The notes under the pieces: model-generated
What the model was told of the DNA's origin: nothing
Seen by the model: only the letters and a program-made list of their open reading frames with translations
The model's database searches: none
Part shown: positions 47,301-57,269 of the stretch, piece after piece
Numbering within the stretch: the first letter of the stretch is position 1
Layout: each line of letters opens with the position of its first letter
Origin: Diplonema japonicum
Lineage: Eukaryota; Protista; Euglenozoa: Diplonemea
Direction of reading: 5' to 3'
Length of the DNA stretch: 64,000 nt
Assembly: GCA_964019335.1 (NCBI GenBank)
Contig: OZ025707.1
Location: 447,803 to 511,802 of the forward strand
Made by a program: the position numbers and the translations under genes

Positions 47301-49102
47301 AAAAGTCACCCGGGCAGTGCGACCCCAGTGCTGCGCCTGTGGTGTTCCTCTTACTGTTTCTGGCGTGGAATGTTTTCTTTGTGTACCCGATCGTGACGGC
47401 AGAGGTGGTCGTGATATATATCGAAGTAAGAAAAGAGATAGAGCACACTGCGGACTACTCGGTGAGGGAACTGGCTTACTTCTACATGATGAAGATGCTG
47501 TTTCTAATCAAACCGAGCTACAAGAACAGTCCACGGGACTCGCAGCTAGCCAGGTATTGCTACTTCGTGGTGACGCACAGGTGGTTCGATAACATCATAG
47601 GTGTGACGATCGTCCTGAACATCATCACGATGGCGACGGAACATGAGGGGATGCCCGACGTGCTGGGGAAAATGCTGCTTGTCACAGACACGGGTTTCAC
47701 ATTCTTGTTTCTCATCGAAGCTGTCCTGAAGCTCAGCGCCTTCGGGACCGCGTACTTCAAAGAAAGCTGGAACCGGTTTGACTTCTTGTTGGTCACGGCC
47801 TCCATGATTGAGTTTATTGTGTTCGTTGTGATGGGCAGCAACAGCCTGCCGGTCAACCCGTTCATTTTAAGATCGCTCCGTGCATTTCTCCGCCTTCGCA
47901 AGGCGCAGAGGCTTCTCAGGTTGGTGAAGCGGACCCGGGGAATCCAACTCCTGTTTGAAACATTGTGGGTTGCCCTCCCGTACCTCTGTGCGAATGCATT
48001 CTTCTACTTCATGACCACGTTGGTGTACTCCATCGTGGGTGTCGGTCTGTTCAATTCTGTCAAGTGGACGCCAAATGGGTTGGACACACATGTGAACTTC
48101 AACAACGTGCTTTCTGCAAGCATCACATTGCACCGGGTTGCCACCGGTGACAACTGGGCGGTCCTCATGGAGAACTGCATGCTGTCCCCGCCGTACTGCT
48201 CGGAAGAGGGAGACACATGCGGGTACCCATTTGCCGCACCTGTCTACTTCATCACTTTCAAAGGTCTGTCTTACATAGTGATCGTGACCCTTTTTATCGC
48301 CACTGTGGTTGATCACTACACGGCAATGACAAAACTCGGCGGTCTCACTGGCGGGATGCGCGAGATCTCCATCCTGCACTCGGTGTGGTCTGAGATGTTT
48401 TCGAACAAAGAAACCATCCCCGCCATGTGCCTCCCTCCACTCATGGTGGAGATTGGCAAGCGCAAATCCGTCGATTACACCCCGAAGTTCTTCCTCCCTG
48501 AGAACTACACGAGGTTGGACTTCTTCAAGATCTTCGAGTCGTATCAGATTATCGACCACCAGGGGGTGGTTCACTTCTCCTCCCTTTTGCTCGAGGTGGC
48601 CTTCAACCAGCTGTCGAAGGTGAACGGAAAAGGCATCACGAGGAAGGAATGGTGGTCCTTCGAATATGACTGGTACCGTTTGGTCCCTGCAATCAGGCTG
48701 CCTGTGAGCAGGCTGCTATGGTATAGGTACAGGTTGAGAGACTACTTTGCGGTGGTGTTCATCCAACGGTGGTATCGGTTCCTGCTGCGCCTTTCCAAAA
48801 TGAGGAGGCTGCTGCCGTTGGATGTGGCCTACTGGAAATCAAAGAGGGCGCAGCCCAGGCTTGAACGGGGCAATACTTTCACAAAAGCACGGTACCGTAG
48901 CCCTACGGAACTCGAGAAGGTTCATGAGAAGAGCCTTACATTCCCAGACAATGTCAGCAGCGTCAGCTCCTATGTGCTCAGCGCCCCTACCGCGACACTC
49001 GCCACGCCCCTCCTTGCAGACTTTGCGCCCCAGTTTTCTCAACTTTCAAACCCCCTCCTCTCCACGAGCCACAAATCGGGCCCCAGCTCTGTGCTGTTGT
49101 AA
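44318..49102 (+). CDS. Four-repeat (24-TM) voltage-gated Ca2+/Na+ channel family alpha subunit
   Basis: Four repeats with WNxFDF-type S3 motifs and Arg-rich S4 (IRTLRVLKAL, LRVLRLVRVIRLLK, IRSLRAIRPMRLLKR, LRSLRAFLRLRKAQRLLRLVK), four pore loops, IQ motif FIQRWYR. Confidence 0.93.
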   Translation: MSIVTFEKVEEQSDSSSNSSSNCRDVRTVSRLCDAMSVPSSDYLECFSSGDDTESETDDEERDPTLVRRIVEHPYMEVGVALLIFANCITLALDSPGGDESPVLNGFEYFFTVAFFIEAVLKMMAKGVIHPRRAYLRSNWNKFDFLIIVINVICLVTNVGKNVSSIRTLRVLKALLMVDRTPGLKQMVVATIKSLKSLAHLALLILFIVVIHSIWAVQMWKGTWRYRCVNAEGLLDHTGGCSPNMTSTVSLVMSHECSDGYKCLPVGNPSYGLASFDNFGASVVLIVQCITLSGWSQIMVHTIDANGDFPIFFFGGIVSISNYIVLPLSIIIVKNALHRINTHRPLSQKRTAFRLMRSSLHSAPPTTPSRLSKQVFLEGRKQHKFLIILSFVVPPLLVINVLLMAMVHYKMDRRWEQAIHAFGTAASAFFFLEVVTKFMLLRRSYFSDYFNIFDLILVLLSVISRTVFSGDGSVVIALRVLRLVRVIRLLKSTSVRRQIEGIIGATKKTGYMLLLVLIYTFMVALFLMHMYGSATEAFSSFNKSILASLQVITGDKWGSVMYAVMNDHTPAAAVMFIVFHFLGHFLTTKLFVAVVMEYYEFVQEALATCGTSGRRRRADSRMKKSIKTVERLNHRDQTQRDELVLHIQLAVPHDYRHTPELCDAYMKGVLEASYENHSMVELYMKNEVRGKKLVEAFTRGRGTRESVSRDKLSVLLGWSATLAALTAVQPHEDLDNDENSMFIFPPSVRQHVAWVVKRPWFDRIAIILALLSCITSALGSFYEHEIMVVDYYITGFFFVEMLLKSVAYGFIKGEGAYLKNGWNQFDFMILLVVLLSYVLAPLHISVVKVIRSLRAIRPMRLLKRWKGVKLVALALVRCLPGLLSAFALVSLVLILFAVWGVNIMKGRFGQCTVPYIGAMTDCHGEYFYPDNFTDYTFPEELVINTTEGGFIVTAEWVSRAQHFDHVFAAVRSLLALSTYDNWRAHLELYQSVCFEKSPGQCDPSAAPVVFLLLFLAWNVFFVYPIVTAEVVVIYIEVRKEIEHTADYSVRELAYFYMMKMLFLIKPSYKNSPRDSQLARYCYFVVTHRWFDNIIGVTIVLNIITMATEHEGMPDVLGKMLLVTDTGFTFLFLIEAVLKLSAFGTAYFKESWNRFDFLLVTASMIEFIVFVVMGSNSLPVNPFILRSLRAFLRLRKAQRLLRLVKRTRGIQLLFETLWVALPYLCANAFFYFMTTLVYSIVGVGLFNSVKWTPNGLDTHVNFNNVLSASITLHRVATGDNWAVLMENCMLSPPYCSEEGDTCGYPFAAPVYFITFKGLSYIVIVTLFIATVVDHYTAMTKLGGLTGGMREISILHSVWSEMFSNKETIPAMCLPPLMVEIGKRKSVDYTPKFFLPENYTRLDFFKIFESYQIIDHQGVVHFSSLLLEVAFNQLSKVNGKGITRKEWWSFEYDWYRLVPAIRLPVSRLLWYRYRLRDYFAVVFIQRWYRFLLRLSKMRRLLPLDVAYWKSKRAQPRLERGNTFTKARYRSPTELEKVHEKSLTFPDNVSSVSSYVLSAPTATLATPLLADFAPQFSQLSNPLLSTSHKSGPSSVLL

Positions 49103-49298
49103 TTACATTTTAATAATGGCAACTTCTGTTGTCCATGGAAAAAGAGAAAAAGAACATTAGTAAGGAGACCCACTTTTTTTTGTGTCTGCCAGCTTCTTCA
49201 GTCTTGAGTTTTGAGCAAGCTTTGATCGTAGAGTAGCCTTCTTCAAAACGATACAGGTTGGGGTACACAAGAAAGGAAGGGGGGGAAAAGAAAAAAGT

Positions 49299-51249
49299 AT
49301 GAATGGACACAACGGCGTGGCGGTGTCCACAGCTACACTTCCTGTTGTGGAGGAGCTGTGGACGGCCCCGCAGTTCTCTGTGTCGCCGGGGTTCAATGAT
49401 GACTTCAAGTATGGTTTTCTCACTCTGAAAGAAAACACAAACCCTACAGCCGGTTGCTAGGGGCGCAGACCACCCCTCAGCAAGAGCCTGTCCCTGCTTC
49501 CACGGCGAACACACTCCTTCAGTACAGCGTGAACATGAACGAGAACCTAGGCCTCAGCCCCATCCCACACGAGACACCCGTTCGCAGCGACGATGTCGCA
49601 GCCCCCGTCTCGCCACCCAAAGTCGAGACCTCTGAAGAGGATCGACGCAAGCATCTGATTGAAAGGGGTCGCGCTGCATTAGAGGACTGGCGGTCCTGCA
49701 AAGACAACGGGGCAAAGTTCCTGGTGCCTGAGGACGACAAGGATGATCTGCAGGCAACGCACCAAGAGCTGAAGCTGAAAGAAGCGGAAGAGACCATTGT
49801 TGAACTAAAGAAGCAGCTGGAAGATCTGTCGCAAGAGATGGGCGAGAAGGACGCAACCATTGAAGGGTTGAAGCAGCAATCCTACTGTACTGAGGATCTG
49901 GGCAGCCTGTCTGCGTTGAAGGTATCGTTACAGGAGGCAGAGGACAGAGCAACGAAGGTACTGCATGAGGCAACCCAACAACACGCAACAGGCAACCATG
50001 TTCGCACAACAGAAATCCGACGTGGCGTCGACCCTTGCCATCGAGGTTGCGAACCTGCAGACTGCCTTGGACAGGTCGAAGGTACCGGAGGCCAATGAGG
50101 TATGCACTGCAGATCACCACCACTGCCAACCGCAGGATATTCACACTACAAACGAACACTCCCTGGAGCTTGAGCAAGCTAAAGCCGAGCGGATAAAAGC
50201 CGAGAAAGAATCTGCAAAATGGCAGAGCCTATACCAGGTATTTTTTTTTCTTTTTTTTTTTCTTCCAAATTTTTAAAAAGGAGTCCCACGACAAGAACCT
50301 ACACCTAGAGAGAAGCATGCAAGACATGCGTGTCGAGATCAACTCGGAGCTGAGCCTGACCTACGAAAACCAGATCTCAGAGATGACCATAAAGCTTCAC
50401 GACATACAGCGAGGAGAAGAGACCTTGAGAGAACAAGCTGAAAAAGAGAAGGAGGCCTACAAGGGGAGGCTGAAGGACATGGAGGAGAGCATGCGGATGG
50501 GGGACGAAGGCAACTTGAAGGACGAGGTGCAAGCGTTGAATTCAGAGAACGAACGTCTGGCGAGCATGCTGCAGGAAAGGGAGGACGGCGACATGGACCA
50601 GGTAGTGAATGAAAGGGACACGTTGAAGGTAAAGCTGTCGGAGATGATGAACGGAGGCGATGCCGAGAGGATTGCACACCTGGAGATGCAAGTCTTGAAA
50701 CTGACTGGTGAGCTAGCGGACTCACAGCAGGACCCTGCGAATGTGGACACTATGAACCGACTAGTGGCACGCAGCGAACAACTTGAAAACCAACTAGCGG
50801 CTGCAACAACCGGAGGCATGACCAGTGGGGATGCCCTGCGGGCCAGGCAAAAGGAAAAAGAGTGGAATCTTGAGCGGGAAAGGTACACCGTGTTCCAACG
50901 AAGGCTGGAAGGGGAGACAGAACGACAGCGATCCCTCATTGCAGACTACGAGGACACCATAGCCACCTTGAAGGAGGAGCTCATCAACAAGGGTGGTGAG
51001 CTGCCCGTCGAATCCCCCAAGTCTCCTGTGCCCCCGTCTCCTGAGTTGCCCCCCGTGCCCCCTGTTGCTGTTGTCGCGTCCACAGCTCCAATCCCCGCAC
51101 CAGCTACGCAGAAGCGACTTCTCAACAAGTCCGCTGTCTCCCTCCCACTCTCCGTCATGGTCTTCGAGGCTATCTTCTCACTGGGTGGGCTGCTGCCTTC
51201 GACACGACACGCGCAGCATGCGCATTTAACGGGAGAGTTTAAAGTGTAG
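49299..51249 (+). CDS. Coiled-coil protein; introns 49409-49449, 49958-49991, 50100-50135, 50238-50280 (3' end uncertain)
   Basis: GT-AG introns join an upstream exon and ORFs 49454, 49965 and 50317 in one frame. Confidence 0.7.
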
Positions 51250-51407
51250 TGTGAGCGTTTTTCTCTTCTTTTTTTAAAGTTAAGTTTTCTTTTATTTATT
51301 TTCTTATTTTTTCTTTTATTCCCGTTGTAATGAGAGGTTTAAAGGAGGGGGTAGTGGTCCCTCCCCTCCCCCACTTCTTTTTTTTTTTCCTCAATAATAA
51401 AAGAAAA

Positions 51408-52294
51408 ATGAATAAAAGTATATCTGGGAGTGTGCTGAGGCGTCGGTGTGTGCCCGTTGTACCGTGTGGGAGTTTAATGCGGTCGGTGCCGCTGTTTGAG
51501 GAGAGCACAAGGCGGGAGATGGAGAATCTAGAGGCGAGAAACCTGCAGCTGGAGCACAAGCTGAAAAACCAAGCTCGGGGCACCACATTCGGGAATATTC
51601 TCAAGCTGCTGGTTGGTGGGATGGGGTGGGTGCTCTTTGCCAGCACGTTGTACTCGATGAACGAGCTTTTTAGCTTTTTACAATTTTTGGACGTCGCCTT
51701 CCCGAGGAAATGGCACTCCCTGTATGTGGTTTTTTTTTTATTATTATTTTTTTTTTTTATTCACACACAAACCACAGCCGCCTGTGCTTTGACCTAATGC
51801 CGCCTGAAGAGAAAATGCGGTTGGTCAACGAATTCAGAAAATTACAACTGTATGTGTACAGGAAGAAAAAAAAAAAAATGCTTTCTCCCCTCACAGAAAT
51901 GGCTACGACGACAGTCTGTTTGACTATATCAAGGAGTACCACCAGAAGGTTCTCTCTGCCAATGGATTGACGCCTGAGGAAACTTTGAGGAGGCTGAATT
52001 ACGTGAGCCGCCTGATTTATGAGCAAGGCGAAGAGGCTCAGGAGAGATGGGTCTCTTTGGTCAAGACAATGCAGCAGAGGCAGAACATGACACAGGTTTC
52101 TTTAAAAAAATAAAAAAATAAAAAAATAAAAAAAGGGAGCGCGTTTGGAGCACCTTCTAGCCAAAGCACCTGAGGCCATTTATGATAAGAGTTCGCTTAC
52201 GTACCCTGGGCCTAATATCTACGATAATATGGTCGATGCCGCATCTGGGGCCCCCTCTTCTTCTCCTTCTTCCTCAAAAGGGAGATGGATTTAA
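51408..52294 (+). CDS. Small membrane protein with Arg/Ser-rich N-terminus (possible mitochondrial presequence); introns 51722-51777, 51850-51896, 52096-52135
   Basis: The spliced frame is stop-free to TAA at 52292-52294. Hydrophobic segment ILKLLVGGMGWVLFASTLY. Confidence 0.6.
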
Positions 52295-53076
52295 TTCCCC
52301 CCCTTTTTTTTTTGGTTTTTTTTTGTGTCACTTGCAACGTAGGACATAAAGGTTGCCTTAATGGGTACCTGGAGCTGGTATTTTAAAAAAAGAAGAAGAA
52401 GAAGAAAAAAAGAAAAAAGAGGTGCAAAATCAAGTGTTTTTTTTTTCCTCCTTTATTTTTTTTGTTGATGGACATCGTTGCTAACCCCGACATCATTTGT
52501 GTAATTTTTTTGAAATGGGGGGGGGGGGGATGTAAGATATTTTCCAAAGGGGGAAGGACAACGGGGAAGGGCGACAGAAGAACTCAGTTTTTCATGAGAG
52601 GAGGGAAATAAATAAAAAAAGAAATAAAAAAGAATGTGAGGTGAAACGAATAAAAAAAAAATAAGAATGTACTCTTACGGTAAGATGCTGCCCCCACCCC
52701 CTTGCCACCTTCATGTCCTTCCCCTTTTTTTTAAATTAAAGTTTTTGTTTCTTTCCAAGGATTCCTTTACGCCGAGCAAGTAACGATGCTAGACAAGGAA
52801 CGTGAAGTTCACCTCTTTTTTTTTTTTTATAAATTATTATCCTTTTGTAAAGAAAATAAACTGGGGGAAGGGGACGCTTACTGAGACGAAACCAAGGCCG
52901 TGAGCTCAACACAACACATTTTCTTTGTCAAAAGAAAAAAGAGGGGGAGAAAAAAAAGAAGAAGAAAAAACAATACCACCTTTCCTTCCCCCCACCGTTG
53001 CAAGTGATTACCTTCAGTTTTCTTTTATACTCTTTTTTCTTCTTCTCAAAACCCGTTCCCTCCCACGCCACAGGAA

Positions 53077-53697
53077 ATGGAAGTGTGCGCACGGCTAGAT
53101 GCAACTGGGGAAACCAGGGTTATCGTAGTCAAGGAGAACAGCACAGTACGGGATGTGGAACAGCTGGTGAGCGAAGCCTTTGACGGATTGGAAAGCTTCA
53201 GGGTAGAGACGAAAGGGGACGTGGAGGGGTTGGTGCAGGGGGATGAGGTGGTAGTGCTACATGATGAGAGGCGAAGGGCTTGCAAGAGCATAGCCAGGCG
53301 GGGTTTAGAGGGTACGCACGAGGAGTTTGGACATGCCCTGCTCACCATGGACGACGGCCTCATACATGACTTCATTGCGTCTACATTAGTCGATCCTGGA
53401 ATCGAATTCCCTCAGTACTCTATGCGTTCCCCTTTGTCGCTTGTGTCTGAACACTCACCCGGCCCCTCCCTTACCCTCCTCCTAGCGCACCCTGACTGCA
53501 ACATAAACGCTGTTGACAAATACGGCAGATCAGCTTTGCACCACGCTGCACTTTACGGTGAGCATGCCACCTGCACCATGCTGCTGCAACACGGCTGCGA
53601 TCGCAGCATCGAAGACACAAACGGCCGGACCGCAGCGGTGTGGGCACGAAAGGAAGGCCACCGCGAGGCCGCTGAAATTATCGAGATGGCCCCTTAA
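53077..53697 (+). CDS. Ankyrin-repeat protein with ubiquitin-like N-terminus
   Basis: INAVDKYGRSALHHAALYG…LLQHGCD..IEDTNGRTAAVWA; N-terminal beta-grasp-like pattern (TVRDVEQLV). Confidence 0.8.
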   Translation: MEVCARLDATGETRVIVVKENSTVRDVEQLVSEAFDGLESFRVETKGDVEGLVQGDEVVVLHDERRRACKSIARRGLEGTHEEFGHALLTMDDGLIHDFIASTLVDPGIEFPQYSMRSPLSLVSEHSPGPSLTLLLAHPDCNINAVDKYGRSALHHAALYGEHATCTMLLQHGCDRSIEDTNGRTAAVWARKEGHREAAEIIEMAP

Positions 53698-53783
53698 TAG
53701 GCGCCCGCCCTTAAGTAACACAGTTTTTTTTTTTTTTTTTTTTCTCTTTTTCTTATGACCCATACTTTTTTTCAACACGGCCG

Positions 53784-54236
53784 ATGCAAATGTACCCAAG
53801 GGACATGATATCGCCTGGGAGGATCGTGCGCCCTGATGATGTGGTCTTTGAGGACCTAGAAGCCGACGCCCCACGTCGTGTGCAGTGGGCTGTGCCTGCT
53901 CAAAGGCACAAGGACCCCATGGTGCACTTTGCGAACCCCAACAAGACGTATGTGTTCCCTGCGTGGGGGGTCAGGTCCTCCGCCATGCGGAAGGCAAAAA
54001 CTAGCGCGCAGTCTCGCTCCCCCGTGAACCTTCCCTTGTCTGCACGGTCGGTGGATCCAATTTCGCGTCCGCAGTCCACCCGCCACGCGGGTGCTTGGAC
54101 TCTCACACCGCCCTACAACCACTGCTACGGGTATTACAAAAAGTACGGGACTTCGGAACGGCACGGCAGCCCCTCTGGAGCACCCCCCTCGCCCTTGCAT
54201 GTCTATTCCACAGGGCCAACGCCTACCTATGGGTAA
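53784..54236 (+). CDS. Hypothetical protein, 150 aa
   Basis: GC-rich ORF on the cluster strand between homopolymer spacers; no recognised motif. Confidence 0.5.
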   Translation: MQMYPRDMISPGRIVRPDDVVFEDLEADAPRRVQWAVPAQRHKDPMVHFANPNKTYVFPAWGVRSSAMRKAKTSAQSRSPVNLPLSARSVDPISRPQSTRHAGAWTLTPPYNHCYGYYKKYGTSERHGSPSGAPPSPLHVYSTGPTPTYG

Positions 54237-54773
54237 TATGATGAACAGAACACTTGCTGGCTGGTGAACGCAAACGCAAATTTTAAAATTGTCTAGTTTT
54301 TCTTCTTCTTAATTGTCTTGTATTTCTCTTGTGTTTTTTTTAGTGGAAGGTCTTTTTTTTACTGCAGATTTTTCAAGCCGCACGCAGGAGGGTTCATGGC
54401 GGGCATTGTGAGGCCCAGTGTGACGCCTCCGGAAAGGGATCTTGTCGGGCTGGGCCAGGCGTGGATGCGGCATGGGATCTTACCGGAGCTGACGAGCTCA
54501 GACCTAGCAGTCTGTTACCTAGACGGCGCATGCACACCCGACAGGTGGCGCGAGCACAACAGCGTAGAGACAACACCATGCGGCGGGGGTATTTTCTCTC
54601 TGTCCCCCGGGACCACAGTCTGCACCCCATCGACAACACCTAACTTCCGCTAGCAGAAGACTTAGATAGCAAAAAAAACTAGATTATTTTGTTGCATTTT
54701 TTTCTTCTTTTTGTTTTCTTGTTTCACCAAAACACTTAAAAAAAAAACAGTTAAAAACTTACGGAAACAAAAA

Positions 54774-56213
54774 ATGCCGGTTGGACCTTTCAGCCCCAGG
54801 GCTTCAAAACCTTGGGATGAACTGAACCTTGTTACAGGGAAGTGCGGTAATGACCCTCTGTTTGAGGGCGGCCTCAAGGAGGAGGCACCCATGAAGCACA
54901 GCGACGCAGTGATGAGTGGTGACCTGTCGACTGTGGGCGAGGTGGACCTCGTCATCGTGGGTGCCGGGCTCAGCGGATGCATCCTCGCAGAGAAATGCGC
55001 CTCGGAGCTCGGTTTGACGTCTGTGATCCTTGACAAGAGGGACCACATTGGGGGGAACGTGTACGATGAGCTGCACAAGGAGACGGGGATCAGGGTGTCC
55101 CAGTATGGTGCGCACCTCTTCCACACGCAGTTCGAGAGGGTGTGGAAGTACGTGCAGCAGTACTCCGAGTGGGAGCCCTTTGACCATCGTGTGGTGGGGA
55201 GGGTTGCCGACAAGGACAACGTCGACCAGCTGGTACCCATCCCGCCCACCTCCATCTCGGTGAACAAGCTCTTCGGAGAGAACATCCAAACGGAGGAGGA
55301 GATGCAAGCCTGGTACGACAAGGTTCGCGTCCCCAACGCCGAGCCCCAGAACGGCGAGGAGGCCGCCCTCTCCCGTGTCGGCCCCCAGCTGTACGAGAAG
55401 ATCTTCAAGCACTACACCAAGAAGCAGTGGGACAAGTACCCCTCTGAGCTCGACGCCTCCGTCTTGATGCGTCTGCCCTGCAGAACCACCACTGACGACA
55501 GGTACTTCCCCGACAAATGGCAGGCCCTCCCTGTCAGGGGGTACACGAGGATCTTCGAGAACATGCTGTTCACCGGAGCTGCCAAGGACATGGTGCAGCT
55601 TAGGTTGAACTGCGACTTCTTCAAGGCGAAGGCTGAGGGGAAGCTTCCCAAGCACAAGATGCTTGTGTTCACGGGGCCAATCGATGCCTTCTACGCCAGC
55701 CAGGGGCTTCCCAAGCTGGAGTACAGGTCCATCAGGTTCGAGGAGAAGGTGATGAAGAAGCCTGACCAGGGGTTCTTCCAGGAGGCGATGGTGGTGAACT
55801 ACACGTCCGCCGAGGTCCCCTTCACGAGGATTGTGGAGTACAAGCACACGCCAAACCAGCCTGAAGCCATCAAGGCAGGCGAGTGCAAGGACTCTGTCGT
55901 TTACTACGAATACTCCACAGCTGAGGGCGACCCGTACTACCCTGTACCCAACCCTGCCAACGCTGCACTGTATGAGAAGTACAAGGCCCTCGCGGAGAAG
56001 GAGGAGGGCGTCTGCTTCGTGGGGAGGCTCGCAAGCTACAAGTATGAGACTACGGGATCTTCACACACACACACACACACACACAGGTACTTCAACATGG
56101 ATCAGGCGATCCTGAACGCACTTGAGATGTTCGACAGCCTCAAGGAAACTGGCAAGCTCGTGCCCAAGCGCTCTCCTGCCGAGATGCAGGCTTCTGCTCC
56201 CGTCCTGAGGTAG
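54774..56213 (+). CDS. glf: UDP-galactopyranose mutase, bacterial-type; intron 56042-56086
   Basis: GAGLSG, HIGGNVYD, YGAHLFHT, YTKKQW, DDRYFPD, GYTRIFENM, TGPIDAFY, LEYRS, FTRIVEYKH, PYYPV, GRLASYK|YFNMDQAI. Removing the 45-nt (CA)n intron restores the YKYFNMD motif. Confidence 0.92.
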   Translation: MPVGPFSPRASKPWDELNLVTGKCGNDPLFEGGLKEEAPMKHSDAVMSGDLSTVGEVDLVIVGAGLSGCILAEKCASELGLTSVILDKRDHIGGNVYDELHKETGIRVSQYGAHLFHTQFERVWKYVQQYSEWEPFDHRVVGRVADKDNVDQLVPIPPTSISVNKLFGENIQTEEEMQAWYDKVRVPNAEPQNGEEAALSRVGPQLYEKIFKHYTKKQWDKYPSELDASVLMRLPCRTTTDDRYFPDKWQALPVRGYTRIFENMLFTGAAKDMVQLRLNCDFFKAKAEGKLPKHKMLVFTGPIDAFYASQGLPKLEYRSIRFEEKVMKKPDQGFFQEAMVVNYTSAEVPFTRIVEYKHTPNQPEAIKAGECKDSVVYYEYSTAEGDPYYPVPNPANAALYEKYKALAEKEEGVCFVGRLASYKYETTGSSHTHTHTHRYFNMDQAILNALEMFDSLKETGKLVPKRSPAEMQASAPVLR

Positions 56214-57269
56214 GAAAAGAAAAAAATGAAAATTCTCATTCACCTTTTTTTTCTTTTTTTTTTTTTTTTTTTTTCTCCGTAAAAACGGGGGGAGAGTGGG
56301 GGGGGGGGGAATGAACAAGCGTATTTTTTTTGAGGGATATATAAGAGGAGGGAGTCCCCCCCCATGCACCCCCTTTTTTTATTTACAGAAGAAGTGTCCC
56401 CTCTTTTTTATTTATTTATTTCTTTTTCGTCCCTTTGTCTGAACCGTTTGAACCATTGAGACCTACCTTGTAAAGGGGAGGCAACCCCCCACCTTTTTTT
56501 GCCGCTTGTCCCTTCGCTAGATAGTTTCTTCTTCTCTCTCCTGAACGTTTTTTTTTTTTTTCCCCCCCTCGCGATCATCAGCTCCTTGAATTGGTAATGA
56601 TATTGCCCGATTTTAACTTTTTCACACACACGCATTTTTTTGTTTTTTTTTTAAATTGAAAGGGAAGGAGGGAGGAAGGGGGAAAACAGGAAAAAAAAGG
56701 AAAAAAAAAAGGTTTCCAAAAAATACTTCTTAGCATGATTGTTTGTCTTTCAGGGCCCACCTTTACCGGTCGTTTCTCTGTCCTATCATTTAAGAATTTT
56801 TTTGAGCCCCCAAAAAGAAGAAAAAAACAAACACAATATAAGAACATGTCACGAGCATTGCTCATTGAGAAGGGAAAAGTAAATATGTGTGCTTTTTTTT
56901 TTTTTTTTTTTTTTTTTTTTCCCCTCCCCGCTCCCCTGATTTTCGGACAAAGGCGCGCGTGTGTCAGGGAAAAAAAAAAGGGGGGAAAGAAAAAAAAAAA
57001 GATGAAAAATATATCCACACAAAAAAAAAGAAGCCCCCTCCTTTTTATTTTTTGATATATATCTTGGAAGCAGAATTTTCAGAACAGGAAAAAGGGGAAA
57101 GAGGGGTTTTTTTTGTTTTTGTTTCTTTCTTTTTTTTTTCTTTTTCTTCCCTCTTTTCTTTTTTTTCTTTACCGTAAGCTTTTCTTTTTTTTTTTTATTT
57201 TATTCTTTTTTTTTTAAAAAAGCGTCAGACAATTTGTTTAAAGGTTCCCCACTACTATGAAACAAGAAA

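Noticed and set aside
54425-54500. Hammerhead ribozyme (ctgacgag and gaaa present)
   Set aside because: The required stems and the G-C pair next to the core could not be built.
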